The translations under genes and the position numbers were made by a program. This document shows, piece by piece, positions 49,032 through 58,517 of a stretch of 64,000 nucleotides of DNA. This DNA comes from Camelus dromedarius. Taxonomy: Eukaryota. The notes below the pieces were generated by a model. That model searched no databases, was not told the origin of the DNA, and saw nothing but the letters and a program-made list of their open reading frames with translations. The stretch's first letter is position 1; each line of letters begins with the position of its first letter. The stretch is from positions 84,198,001-84,262,000 of the forward strand of contig NC_087436.1 of the NCBI RefSeq assembly GCF_036321535.1, in the 5' to 3' direction.

Positions 49032-49100
49032 TAGGGTAGGTGAGCAACCATCCCAGTTTGCACAGGACGGGGGTTTTCTGGGACAGATGGGGCATCTACT
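49032..49100. mobile_element. hAT-Blackjack MITE remnant (MER81/MER94-like)
   Basis: TAGGGT..CAACCATCCCAGTTTGC..CTGGGACAGATGG inverted ends. Confidence 0.5.
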
Positions 49101-49577
49101 GGCAGCACCAGGAAGGATGCAGAGTTCAGAGAACAAAGTTGGGGTGTCAGCTTTGGGGGTTCAACTCAGGACACCAGGCCCTCTTGCAGGCTATTCAGAA
49201 CCACTGGAAATATGGGTCCAAGAGCTGACTCTCCAGAGAGGTGAAAGCCAGGTGCAGGAGTGCACACCATCGTTTGTGCAGTTGGCCACATCAGAGGACA
49301 CTTTACCAGTGACCTCAAATCCTTGCCCACTGCACTGCTCAGGCCTCATGACAGAATCTCAGAGAGGCCACAGAGGAGTCAGGTTTTTGCTGAAATGCAC
49401 AGAGCAGAATTGTACTGAACTAGTTAACAAAATCAGACCACATCATATTTTGACCAAAAGCAGAAATTAAGACCTTCAAACATTCTTTCAGGGATGATCC
49501 ACAGTCCCTTCTTTCCTTTCTTCTTTCCTCTGACCCCCACCTCCGGGGTTTTCTCTTTCAAGATGTCTCCCTAGCTG

Positions 49578-49718
49578 AGGGAGGGTGTAGCTCAAGTGCT
49601 AGAGCACGTGCTCAGCATGCACAAGGTCCTGGGTTCAGTCCCCAGCACCTCCTCTAAAATAAACAGATAAACCTGATTACCTCCCCACTCAATAAAAGAT
49701 ATTTTTAAAATTTGTTAA
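49578..49718 (+). mobile_element. Camelid tRNA-Ala-derived SINE (vic-1 type)
   Basis: GGGTGTAGCTCAAGTGCTAGAGCACGTGCTCAGCATGCACAAGGTCCTGGGTTCAGTCCCC; TSD AAGA(T/C)GTCTCCCT(A/G)G at 49560-49574 and 49719-49733. Confidence 0.92.
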
Positions 49719-49813
49719 AAGACGTCTCCCTGGACTGCAGGGGGAAGCCAGGCATGGACTACACTTGTAGTGGAAGTGTTGTCACTGGAGCAGAGTCCTG
49801 GTTGGTCCTCCCA

Positions 49814-49814
<1 letters not shown>

Positions 49815-49852
<38 letters not shown>
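49815..49852. repeat. Perfect (CA)19 microsatellite
   Basis: Uninterrupted CA run; probably polymorphic. Confidence 0.97.
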
Positions 49853-49855
<3 letters not shown>

Positions 49856-50062
49856 TGCTGGGTGTTACCCTTTAGTTGTTGGCTCCTAGGAGGTCTGGGG
49901 AGGCCTGGGTTGTTGAGGGAGAGCCTCAGGGGGTGGCTACTTACCAGTGATAAAGGAGTGGGGTGGGGGTTTCAATGTCATAACAGGTGGCGAAGTTGTA
50001 CCTGGGCATTGGGTTTTTCCCTCAGCCCTAAGTGGAGGGAACCATCCTCCCGCTATAGCTCC

Positions 50063-50564
50063 TGTGAACAAAACATATTGCCGGCCATATCAGTAAACAA
50101 AGAATGCTGTGGCCATCGAGTCATCAGCTGTTACCCTGCCAGCGAGCAGAAGAAACTCAGGATGCAGAGAGCAGGCAAACTGGCCTCTGCAGCCACCCCC
50201 AGAAGTGTACCTGGAGGGGACTCAGGACGGGAAGCACCGAAGACTGGCCCCAGGTAGTTAAGGTGCACATCAGAGGAATGGTTTCAAGGAGCCCAGACCT
50301 TTGCACCTTCACATACATAGAAAAGTGCTAAATTCCTTAACTTGAGATATCTGGTTTTCTTTAATTAACAGTAATCTTTTGATGTTCTGACTACCTGATC
50401 TTTGCTGTAAAAACTCCTATATATCCTGGTTCCTCCCCTACCTCTTCCAAGCATTTCCTCAGAGCTATCTGACAGGCTGTCTTCCTGGGCTTAAGTCCTC
50501 AGAATTGTCCACCGAATAAAACATAACTCTTAACTTTAAGGTTGTGCATTTATTTCAGTCAACA
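50063..50564 (+). mobile_element. ERV1-class solo LTR (502 bp; tentatively cetartiodactyl MER41-like)
   Basis: TG...CA ends; perfect 4-bp TSD CTCC (50059-50062, 50565-50568); TATATA 50418; AATAAA 50515. Confidence 0.88.
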
Positions 50565-52529
50565 CTCCTCTCCATTCACCCACCTCTGACTCTGTCCCCT
50601 TGGAGGACAGAAGATTAAAACAAAAGGGCTTCAGAGAGATCATCTCGTTTGATTCCCTCCTTACCCAGACGGGGGCTGAGGCTGGAGAGGAGATGAGAGC
50701 TTGCAAAGTCCCGTTGGGTGCCTCCAGGGTGGAGACGAGGAGGCAGGAAGAAAAAGGTCTGCAGCTTCTAATCAAAACTTTTCTCTCCCTTCAGCTGATC
50801 CAGAATTTTAGCCCAAATTATTTTCAACTCTTTCTCCACTGTGTCAAACATGCCAAACTTGTCTTGTTTTGTCATCAAACTTGGTATTTTTGTCAGTTCA
50901 GTCCTCCTTTCTGCTCCCTGACTGTTTCCAAGTGAAATCATTCACAACGCCTTAACTAGATGGCGCACAGATTTGGGGGGACCCTGGGGAGGAGGAGATG
51001 GGGCCTGCTCTTCCTCTCCTGCCAGGGGCTCCGTGAGTCACGGTCAGGGGCGGCCGTCAGGTCAGGAGTGCCACACGCAGTGGTCAGGAGCAGGGACCGG
51101 GCCTGGGTTGGACGCTCAGTCAACAAGTTTTTACCAAAGGATTTTGTTTTTCTTTACTCCAGCTCCCCACCCCTTGCTTTCTAAAAGCACAGGGCCCATC
51201 CCTGAAATTTCAACAGTGGGTGTGGGGCCTCCTTTTCTCACCTAGTGTGTTAGGGGATTATAGCCAAGCAGAGGTGGCCCCGACCTGCACCATCTTCCCA
51301 TTATTCATGGAAGGGGCAGCCTCTCAGGTGAGGCTCCACCCCCACCCCTCTTGAGAATGTCACCATGCCGCTTCTCCTGCAGCTCCCGCCAGCAGCGGTA
51401 AGTCCTAGCACTGAGGGAGTCAAGGTGAAGCAAGGCATTTGTGGGTGAAGAAAGATGCCCCCCTCCACCTTCCTTCCACAGCCAGAGTGATGGTCCCTTT
51501 GACCAGGGGCCTTCTCCTCCTCGGACCATTAGCGTGAATGGGATTTCGAAGGAATGCTCATGCCCTCCCGTTTCATTAGACTCTGGATGAAACTAAACAG
51601 AATGAGAAGAAAAGGCAGCATGGGCCACGCCGGATGCAACAGGCTTACCCAGGCCCCTTGTGAACAGGCACTGCTTGTAGGCTGCAGCATCTTAACCCCC
51701 AGTCATCAAGTGACTCAGGACTCCAGAAGGACCACAGATGGGCCAGGTGAGATGATGGAATCCACACTTACACCGAAATGCACACAGTTCACCGAAAGGA
51801 TGACCTAACCATGACTAGGTATACAATGAACTATGAAGAGCACAGTGTGACTGTGTCATAACCTCCAGTCCCTCTTCACCAGGGAGCTTGTGAAACTCTC
51901 TGCCAGGAGCAGCCAAGGGAAGCGCCTCCAACCCAGGCCAGCTGGCATCCTCTTCTGTGTCCAGGTTCTCTGCTGCCTGCTGGTCCTCTTCTGCTTCCCA
52001 CACTGTTCCGTGGCCCCGTCAGGCTGGGCCGGGAAGGGCACTCTGGGAGTCAGAACTTCCAGACCGTCTGCAGAGAATTCTCGGTCTCTCTGTCTGCAAG
52101 TTCATACTTTGGGGGCCGCACTTTCAGGAAGTATCCCTCGATCTTCTGGTGACCCTTTTCCCCATTTGCTTCTGTACAAGTGAGATTTGGCCCTTGGGAG
52201 GTTTATAGCCTTCACAGTGGATTTTCTTCTATGCCTTTGGTAGTTTTCTGTCCCCAAGGCATGGCTTTTCTCTCTGCACTGTTATTGCTCCTTTCCATAT
52301 GCTCCCCAATCATAAGGCCACTTTCCGCTCTTTGGTGAGCTCTAGCTTTGGGCAGGAAGAGAGCAGTTACCCTCACTGTCAATATATCACTGCCTTCGAT
52401 GTGGCTCTACTAAACACCTCTGTTTGCTGTAGCACTTGGGGGTCTTAGGTTTAAATACTTTGTGCCCACCATGTGTGGGCTCCACAAGGAAGATTGAGGA
52501 AAATCTGGTGTCCTGTTTTAAGTATTAGC

Positions 52530-52765
52530 AGTAGCAACTATTTATTGATCATATACTATGTTCTAGGCATTATCTAAGCACTTTGCCTGTAATATCTCTA
52601 GTCCTTAAAAGCAAACCTCTTAGATAAGCATCATTAGTCCCATTTTATAGATGAGAAAACTGAGTCCAAGGGAAGTTACATAACTTTCCCTGGATCACAT
52701 GGATGGTAAGTGGCAATCCAAGTCTGCGGGATTCATAAGTCTATACTCTTTCCTTTCCACCATTC
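52530..52765 (-). mobile_element. MIR SINE
   Basis: TTTATTGA..TACTATGTTCTAGGCA..CCCATTTTATAGATGAGAAAACTGAG..GTTACATAACTT..GATCACA. Confidence 0.85.
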
Positions 52766-53544
52766 TTCCAGTCACCGAGCAAAAACTTATTGAGCAATTA
52801 CCAACCTCCAGACCTTGTCTTTCCTTGTGGAGTGTCACGTCTAGCTCACCTCATCCTTTATCCTACTTCTCTTGATCTGTGACAATAGAGAAGAGAATTC
52901 CTGAAACCCATCACAAGGTCTAGAACAGCGAAGAGAAGGGAAATAATTATCTACCTGCAGGTGTTAATTTGAAGTCTGTTAACCACCAGAAGAAAAAGAA
53001 CTGTGTGAGAATTACTGTATCCACCATTAGTTCTAGGTCACACATCCCAGGCAGTAGCTGGAAATTTCAAGCAGAGACAGATGCAAACGTGAGAGATTAC
53101 GGAATCCACTGAATAACAGGAAAGAGAAGCAGGAAAATGAGCCTTAAATCCCTACAGCCTGCCCTGCAATCCTTTTTATAATTAGTAGCAGTATTGGACT
53201 TAATGTTTCTAAGAAATCAACAGCATCATCAATCCACGTGACACAGGAGAAGATGAGAGCCTGATTGATTGTGTGCTATTCCTTGGAAGTGTGGTAAATC
53301 AGTGGTGATATAAAGACCTAGGATCTAAACCTATAGAAAAAAATCACTGTGGCCAGCTACTTCCCTTATTTGTGGGTTGTTGAAAGAGTTTTAATTTTGC
53401 TGAGAGCCAAAGCAAGATTTTCTCATTAAAAAAAAAAAAAGCAAACAGAAATTGAGAATTGATATTGTAAAACCCAATTTTCGTGGACTGGACATGTGCC
53501 CAAGCACTAAAGCAGTTTAGATTATCATACTAAGGACTTATTGG

Positions 53545-54620
53545 ATTGACAGAACTGTTGGTAGCACTTTTCTACTATCTCACTAGTAACTGAACTCTGA
53601 TTTTGTTTAGATATCAGGGAAATTTTTCTAGGGAACATAGGTCCTTCCCTTGGGCCCTTGAGATGAACCATGATCAGTGTGATTCATTTCCTCTTTGCAG
53701 ACAAGGGAATGTGGTGGTCATCTGATCCACTTCTCAGCAAGGAGACATAACTGGAAGTCTGCTAATGGCTTCTGTATGGAAGTTCCTCTCTAACAAAGAG
53801 AGATACTAAAAAGAAAGCCAAGTCCTTCCTACTGTCTTTGAATGTTTTAGTATTTAGTTTAAGTATCAGAGTTAACAAACTACTAAACAACCTTGCCACC
53901 ATGAGGGGAAGCAACACTATCACTCTGAGGGCTACAAAATGAAAGACAGAAAAAGCCTGGGCTCAAGATGTGGAAACAACCTAAACGTCCACTCATAGAT
54001 CATCAGATAAAGAAGTTGCCGTCTATATACACAATGGAATAGTACTCAGCCATAAAAAAGAATAAAATAATGCCATTTGCAACAACAGAGATGGACCTGG
54101 AGATTATCATACTAAATGTAGTAAGTCAGACAGAGAAAGACAAATATATGACATCACTTATATATGGAATCTAAAGAAATGACACAAATGAACTTGTTTA
54201 CAAAACAGAAACATTCACAGACATAGAAAACAAACTTATGGTTACCAGGGGAGAAAGGGCATGGAGAGGGATAAACTGGGAGTTCAGGATTTGTAGATAC
54301 AAACTACTACATACGAAATAGATAAAGGTCCTACTGTATAGCACAGGAAACTATAATCAATATCTTGTAATAACCTATAATGAAAAAGAATATGAAAAGG
54401 AATATATATATGTATAACTGAATTGCTATGCTGTACACCAGAAACTGACACAACATTGTAAATCAACTATATTTCAATAGGAGAAAAAGAAACAGAAAAG
54501 AAAAAGAAAAAGTCTAGGCTCTTGGTGACCTCGTTGCACCACTGGACAATGTGAAACCACACACCTGTAGAGTTCTTAATTGATGTAAAACTGCTCTATG
54601 GTTTCAGCCACGTTTCATTT
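53545..54620 (+). mobile_element. Old MaLR LTR (MLT1J-like), interrupted by an L1
   Basis: CTCTGATTTTGTTTAG..GGAAGTCTGCT..GCTTCTG..CCTTGCCACCATGAGGGGAAG; resumes CTTGGTGAC..TGGTTTCAGCCAC. Confidence 0.6.
53965..54504 (+). mobile_element. Young L1 3' end
   Basis: TGGAAACAACCTAAA..GGACCTGGAGATTATCATACTAA..CTGTATAGCACAGG; TSD AGAAAAAG(C/T)CT(G/A)GGCTC at 53948-53964 and 54505-54521. Confidence 0.93.
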
Positions 54621-54964
54621 CATCTCCATGATACAATGGATAAAGAGAAATAGCTTGGAGTCAATATATTATTCAAGGGCAGAAGAAATGTGTCTGCGGC
54701 CAGATGAGACTGCTGATGTCAGACTCACAGCCTTCAGAGGAATTTAGAAACTGAGCAAACAGCACATATTTACTGACCAAGCACCTACTATGTGCCCTAC
54801 ACTGTGCTGGGTGCTGGGGTTACAAGAGTGGATAAGCAGGCAAGGTCATTAGGGTCATGGAAATCACATTCTGGAAGATGGATGAAAACTGCACAAAGAA
54901 ATAAGAACAGGTGAAAATATTCTTAGGCAACTTTTAAAATATTGTTTCAAATCAGTCCTGAGAA

Positions 54965-55098
54965 GGGGGGAGGGTACAGCTCAGTGGTAGAGTCATACTT
55001 AGCATGCATGAGGTCCTGGGTTTAATTCCCAGTACCTCCATTAAAATATGTAAATAAATAAACCCAATTACCCACTCCCTACCCACCCCCCAAAAAAA
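54965..55098 (+). mobile_element. Camelid tRNA-Ala-derived SINE (vic-1 type)
   Basis: GGGGAGGGTACAGCTCAGTGGTAGAG..TTAGCATGCATGAGGTCCTGGGTT; shared flank GTCCTGAG on both sides. Confidence 0.92.
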
Positions 55099-55114
55099 GT
55101 TGGTCCTGAGTATA

Positions 55115-55330
55115 AATCCAGACTCTGGAACCAGATAGATGTGAACTCAAAGTCTACCTCTATCTCTTGCTGTGACGTTGGGGAAGTCGTTTTGTCTTTC
55201 TTACTTATCCGTTTCCCCATCTATAAAATGATGATAATAAAAAACTAATGCATAGAGTTGTGAGGATTAAATAAATTCTCTGTAAAGTATTTTACAGAGA
55301 TCCTGGCACATAGTCAGTTTCTCTAGATTC
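55115..55330 (+). mobile_element. MIR SINE
   Basis: CAGACTCTGGAACCAGA..GCTGTGACGTTGGGGAAGTC..GTTTCCCCATCTATAAAATG..GTTGTGAGGATTAAAT..CCTGGCACATAGT. Confidence 0.85.
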
Positions 55331-56619
55331 TAGATGATGAATCAACATCATCATCGTCATCGTCATCCCCACTGTCATTGTCATAATAATTTGTGCCAGA
55401 CACTGTGGGTGTCCAAAGATGAACAAGACACACACCCTGCATTCGGGTAATCTGGGAGGCAAGAATCCAGATTCAGCCATAGAACCGTCAAGAGTTAGGC
55501 AATGAATTAGGCAGAAACAAAAGAATTCCTCTGGTAACCAGGGTTGGGGACAGCTAGGCCCCCTGTCTCTACCTTTCTCCCACACATTTTATAACCACTC
55601 TCCCCTTTTCCAAGAGGGAAAGAGATATTCTGAATGATTGCTGCTCTTCTTTCACATACAGCCACTGTTCCCAAGAGAATCAAATGGGCCTTTTCTTTCT
55701 CCAGTGGAGTGAAAAATACAGGACATGTCTATCTGGGTGGCATTTACCAGTGTGTGCCACATACCAGCAAACACGCACAGATACTCCGGTAAATGATCGA
55801 ACCAAGCCCCATCTCCATTCCTTCATCCTCTCAAAATCGTATCCAATTAATGGGTTTAGTGTTCTGCAATTGACTATTAACGGCTGTATCTAGCTGTGAA
55901 ATCCAGATAAACATCAATTAGCCGGGTCCCCACACCCACACACATACCCTCACCCTTAAGAACATTTCCTCTGATGATCACACAAACTCGCACTCGGGTG
56001 CATCTTCCCACAGCCTTGCTCACACACTAGCTTTTTATTTGAGCTCTCCCATGGGGAAGCCTGTAACCCTCAGACAGGAATTTCATTAACAAAGGAAGGG
56101 GAGGGGCCATCAAGAGGAAAGTCCAGATGCAGAGGGAAAGAAATTAAAATAGCTTTTCAAGGGGACCTAAAATTGTATCATCCTAGCCTCATCCTCCCTT
56201 ATAACTGTATTTGTACATTCCGTGCCTGGGGGAAAAAAAAAATCCCACAAGTTTTCATTGATTGGGCGGTTGTCCAGGCTCTTAGTTTGGCGTCCAGCCC
56301 ACAGAGCTGCAAAATCAACCTCAGCAAGTCTCTGCTTTGAAACACAGTGGCATCTAACTGGAAGCTTAGGCAAAATAAGGAGCTCAGCGCAGGGGTCCAG
56401 GGTCCTGTGCTTCTTCCTTCTTCTCTCAGCCGCACCCCTCTTATCCGATCTTGGTGAAGAGTCTTCCTTGGCTCAAAAAGAGGTCAGGGACAAGAAAGTA
56501 GTGCCAAGAAAGTTCCACGAGACTCTCAGAAGTCACCGCCTGAACACCAAACCTGAATAACCGGGAAAGATGGAACTCTTAGGTGTTATGCCCACGCTGC
56601 AGGTTTTTCAGGTCCCTGC

Positions 56620-56711
56620 TTGAGTGTGCACTCACAGGCGTAAATAAACGTGCTCTCCACTGCCTGCGTCAGCCAACCCAGCTATTTAAGCAGGCTGGCA
56701 TCACCCGACTC
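56620..56711 (+). promoter_or_regulatory. Candidate Pol II core/proximal promoter
   Basis: TATTTAA at 56683-56689, 29 bp before an Inr-like TCA (A=56712); forkhead-like GTAAATA 56640, ACGTG 56648, CRE-like TGCGTCA 56665; repeat-free with retained CpGs. Confidence 0.55.
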
Positions 56712-56748
56712 AGCTTCCAAATCCAGGGCTTGCCTTTGCCACTTTCAC
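56712..56748 (+). other. Candidate short non-coding first exon
   Basis: Lies between the predicted TSS and donor CAC|GTAAGT (56749-56754); contains no ATG. Confidence 0.5.
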
Positions 56749-58129
56749 GTAAGTAACTTTCAGAGGTTTGCTTTTCATGCAGAGGAATGAACTTGTGTGG
56801 AAACTGGACTGAAATGCTCTAGTTACCAGTTTGCTAGCCTGATGGGAGGAGGGAGACGTGAACAGGAGAATGAAAGTTAAGAGCTGGCGCCAAGCAGGGA
56901 GCCTGAGAATGCTTGCAAATGTGTGTGCGGTCAATGTGGATTTGGAGCAGGGGGCAGTCGGGTCGGTCTTTTGGTGGGCAGATGAGATGTTTTTCTTGCT
57001 CACTTCTATCTCGGAAAGACACAGTGAAATCAGAGTTTGTATGACTGTGCCAGATGCATGTGAATTCTGTCACTTAGAAGGTGATATTGTTAGTCTACAT
57101 CTTACTTGAAAGTCAGACATAATATCACTCTAAAATATTTTTTGACCCAACGGGAGTCAAACCTCCCAAAAGGGGGGGTGTCTGTGGATTGAGTAGTGGT
57201 GTTTCCATGCTGACTTTGCAGTGCTATTCACTGTTATTTCATAATGCTTATCAGTTAGAACAATGAAAACATTGATCTCGTTTAAGATGAAAAGGAATCT
57301 CACGCTCTGGGGTTTTGAGAAAATGTAAGTTTGTGATATGTGAGCACCAGGTATCCAGGTAAACTGTTAAGTAAAGTGGAATCAGAATCGTTAAATTAAA
57401 AGGCACAACATACCGCATAACTTAGGTGAGAAGGTCTTAAAGAGAAGAGGAATGCAGAAAGTCCCCATGAGGGAACACGGTCACAGACAGGGCCCTGGAG
57501 TGGGTTTGGGTAAATAGGGTTAAATATAACCCGAGCCCAAACAAAGGGACCTGGGACTGGGGAAGGAAGGAGCTGGGGAAGCAGATAGTAGAGGATTATA
57601 ATTAGATATCATATTTATAAAATGCATGTAGGAATATTATAAGGAATAAAGCATGGCATTGATTCCATAGTTCCTCCCTTTGGGTCAAGAATCTGGCAAT
57701 TAAGAATCTGGGGAAAGCCAAGAGCTTTTCCCAGGTGGTCCCCCCACCCCTGGCCCCCAACACATATCTTGATGGTCATTTTCTGGACCCCTAGAAATCC
57801 ATGACTCTAAATGAAGACTCCTGGTTTAAACAAATGCATTATTTTTCAACCGAGCTGAAGCTGCTGACTAGGAACCTACAGAGAAATGGCAGGGTTGGGG
57901 GCGGTCGAAACCATTAATATGGCAGGCACTTCTTGGCCACCAAACTGGAGCTCAGTTGTAGGGTCATGAAGGTTTGATTTCCATCGAGCAGGTTTAAGGG
58001 GTTTCTCTGAGCAAAGATAAGTTGAGGGCCGGGAAGAAGAGAAAAGAAGTAAAAGGTGGCTCCTGTTCTTAAAGAGCTTGAAATCTGAAGGACAAGGACG
58101 TAAGTAATGAGAAGTCAGGCAAGAAACAG

Positions 58130-58290
58130 TACACACCATATGGTATGAAATGATAGGACGTGCAAACGAATCTACAGTGACAGAAAGCAGTCACTGGTTA
58201 CCAGGGGAAGGAGGGCAGGAGAAGAGGGTGGATGCAACATACTGAAGATGAAAATTGAGTACTTTTGGAAAAAAAAAATTCAATAAATAA
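58130..58290 (+). mobile_element. Old L1 3' UTR remnant
   Basis: TGCAAACGAATCTACAGTGACAGAAAGCAG..TGGTTACCAGGGG. Confidence 0.6.
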
Positions 58291-58359
58291 AGTGGAAGAC
58301 CAGCCCCTCAGGACTGTGGACTTTCATAGAATTGGGAGGGTCCCAGAGATCATCAAAGT

Positions 58360-58517
58360 CAGTGGTTGAACACCTGGAGAACTGTTCTTGAAAATACCCT
58401 GGGCTGAGCCTCACCTCCGCCAATTAAATCAGAATCCCTGGGTGGGTGGCCCTGGTGCTGTTGTATAAAGCTCCTCAGGTGATTCTAAGGTGCTGCAGCC
58501 AGGGATGAGAACCAGTG
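58360..58517. mobile_element. MER5A hAT MITE inserted in a MIR
   Basis: CAGTGGTT..CCAATTAAATCAGAATCCCTGGG..AAGCTCCTCAGGTGATTCTAA..GAGAACCAGTG. Confidence 0.8.

Noticed and set aside
48871..50257. 199-aa and 181-aa ORFs
   Set aside because: Non-ATG starts; they run through MIR, MITE, (CA)n and LTR sequence
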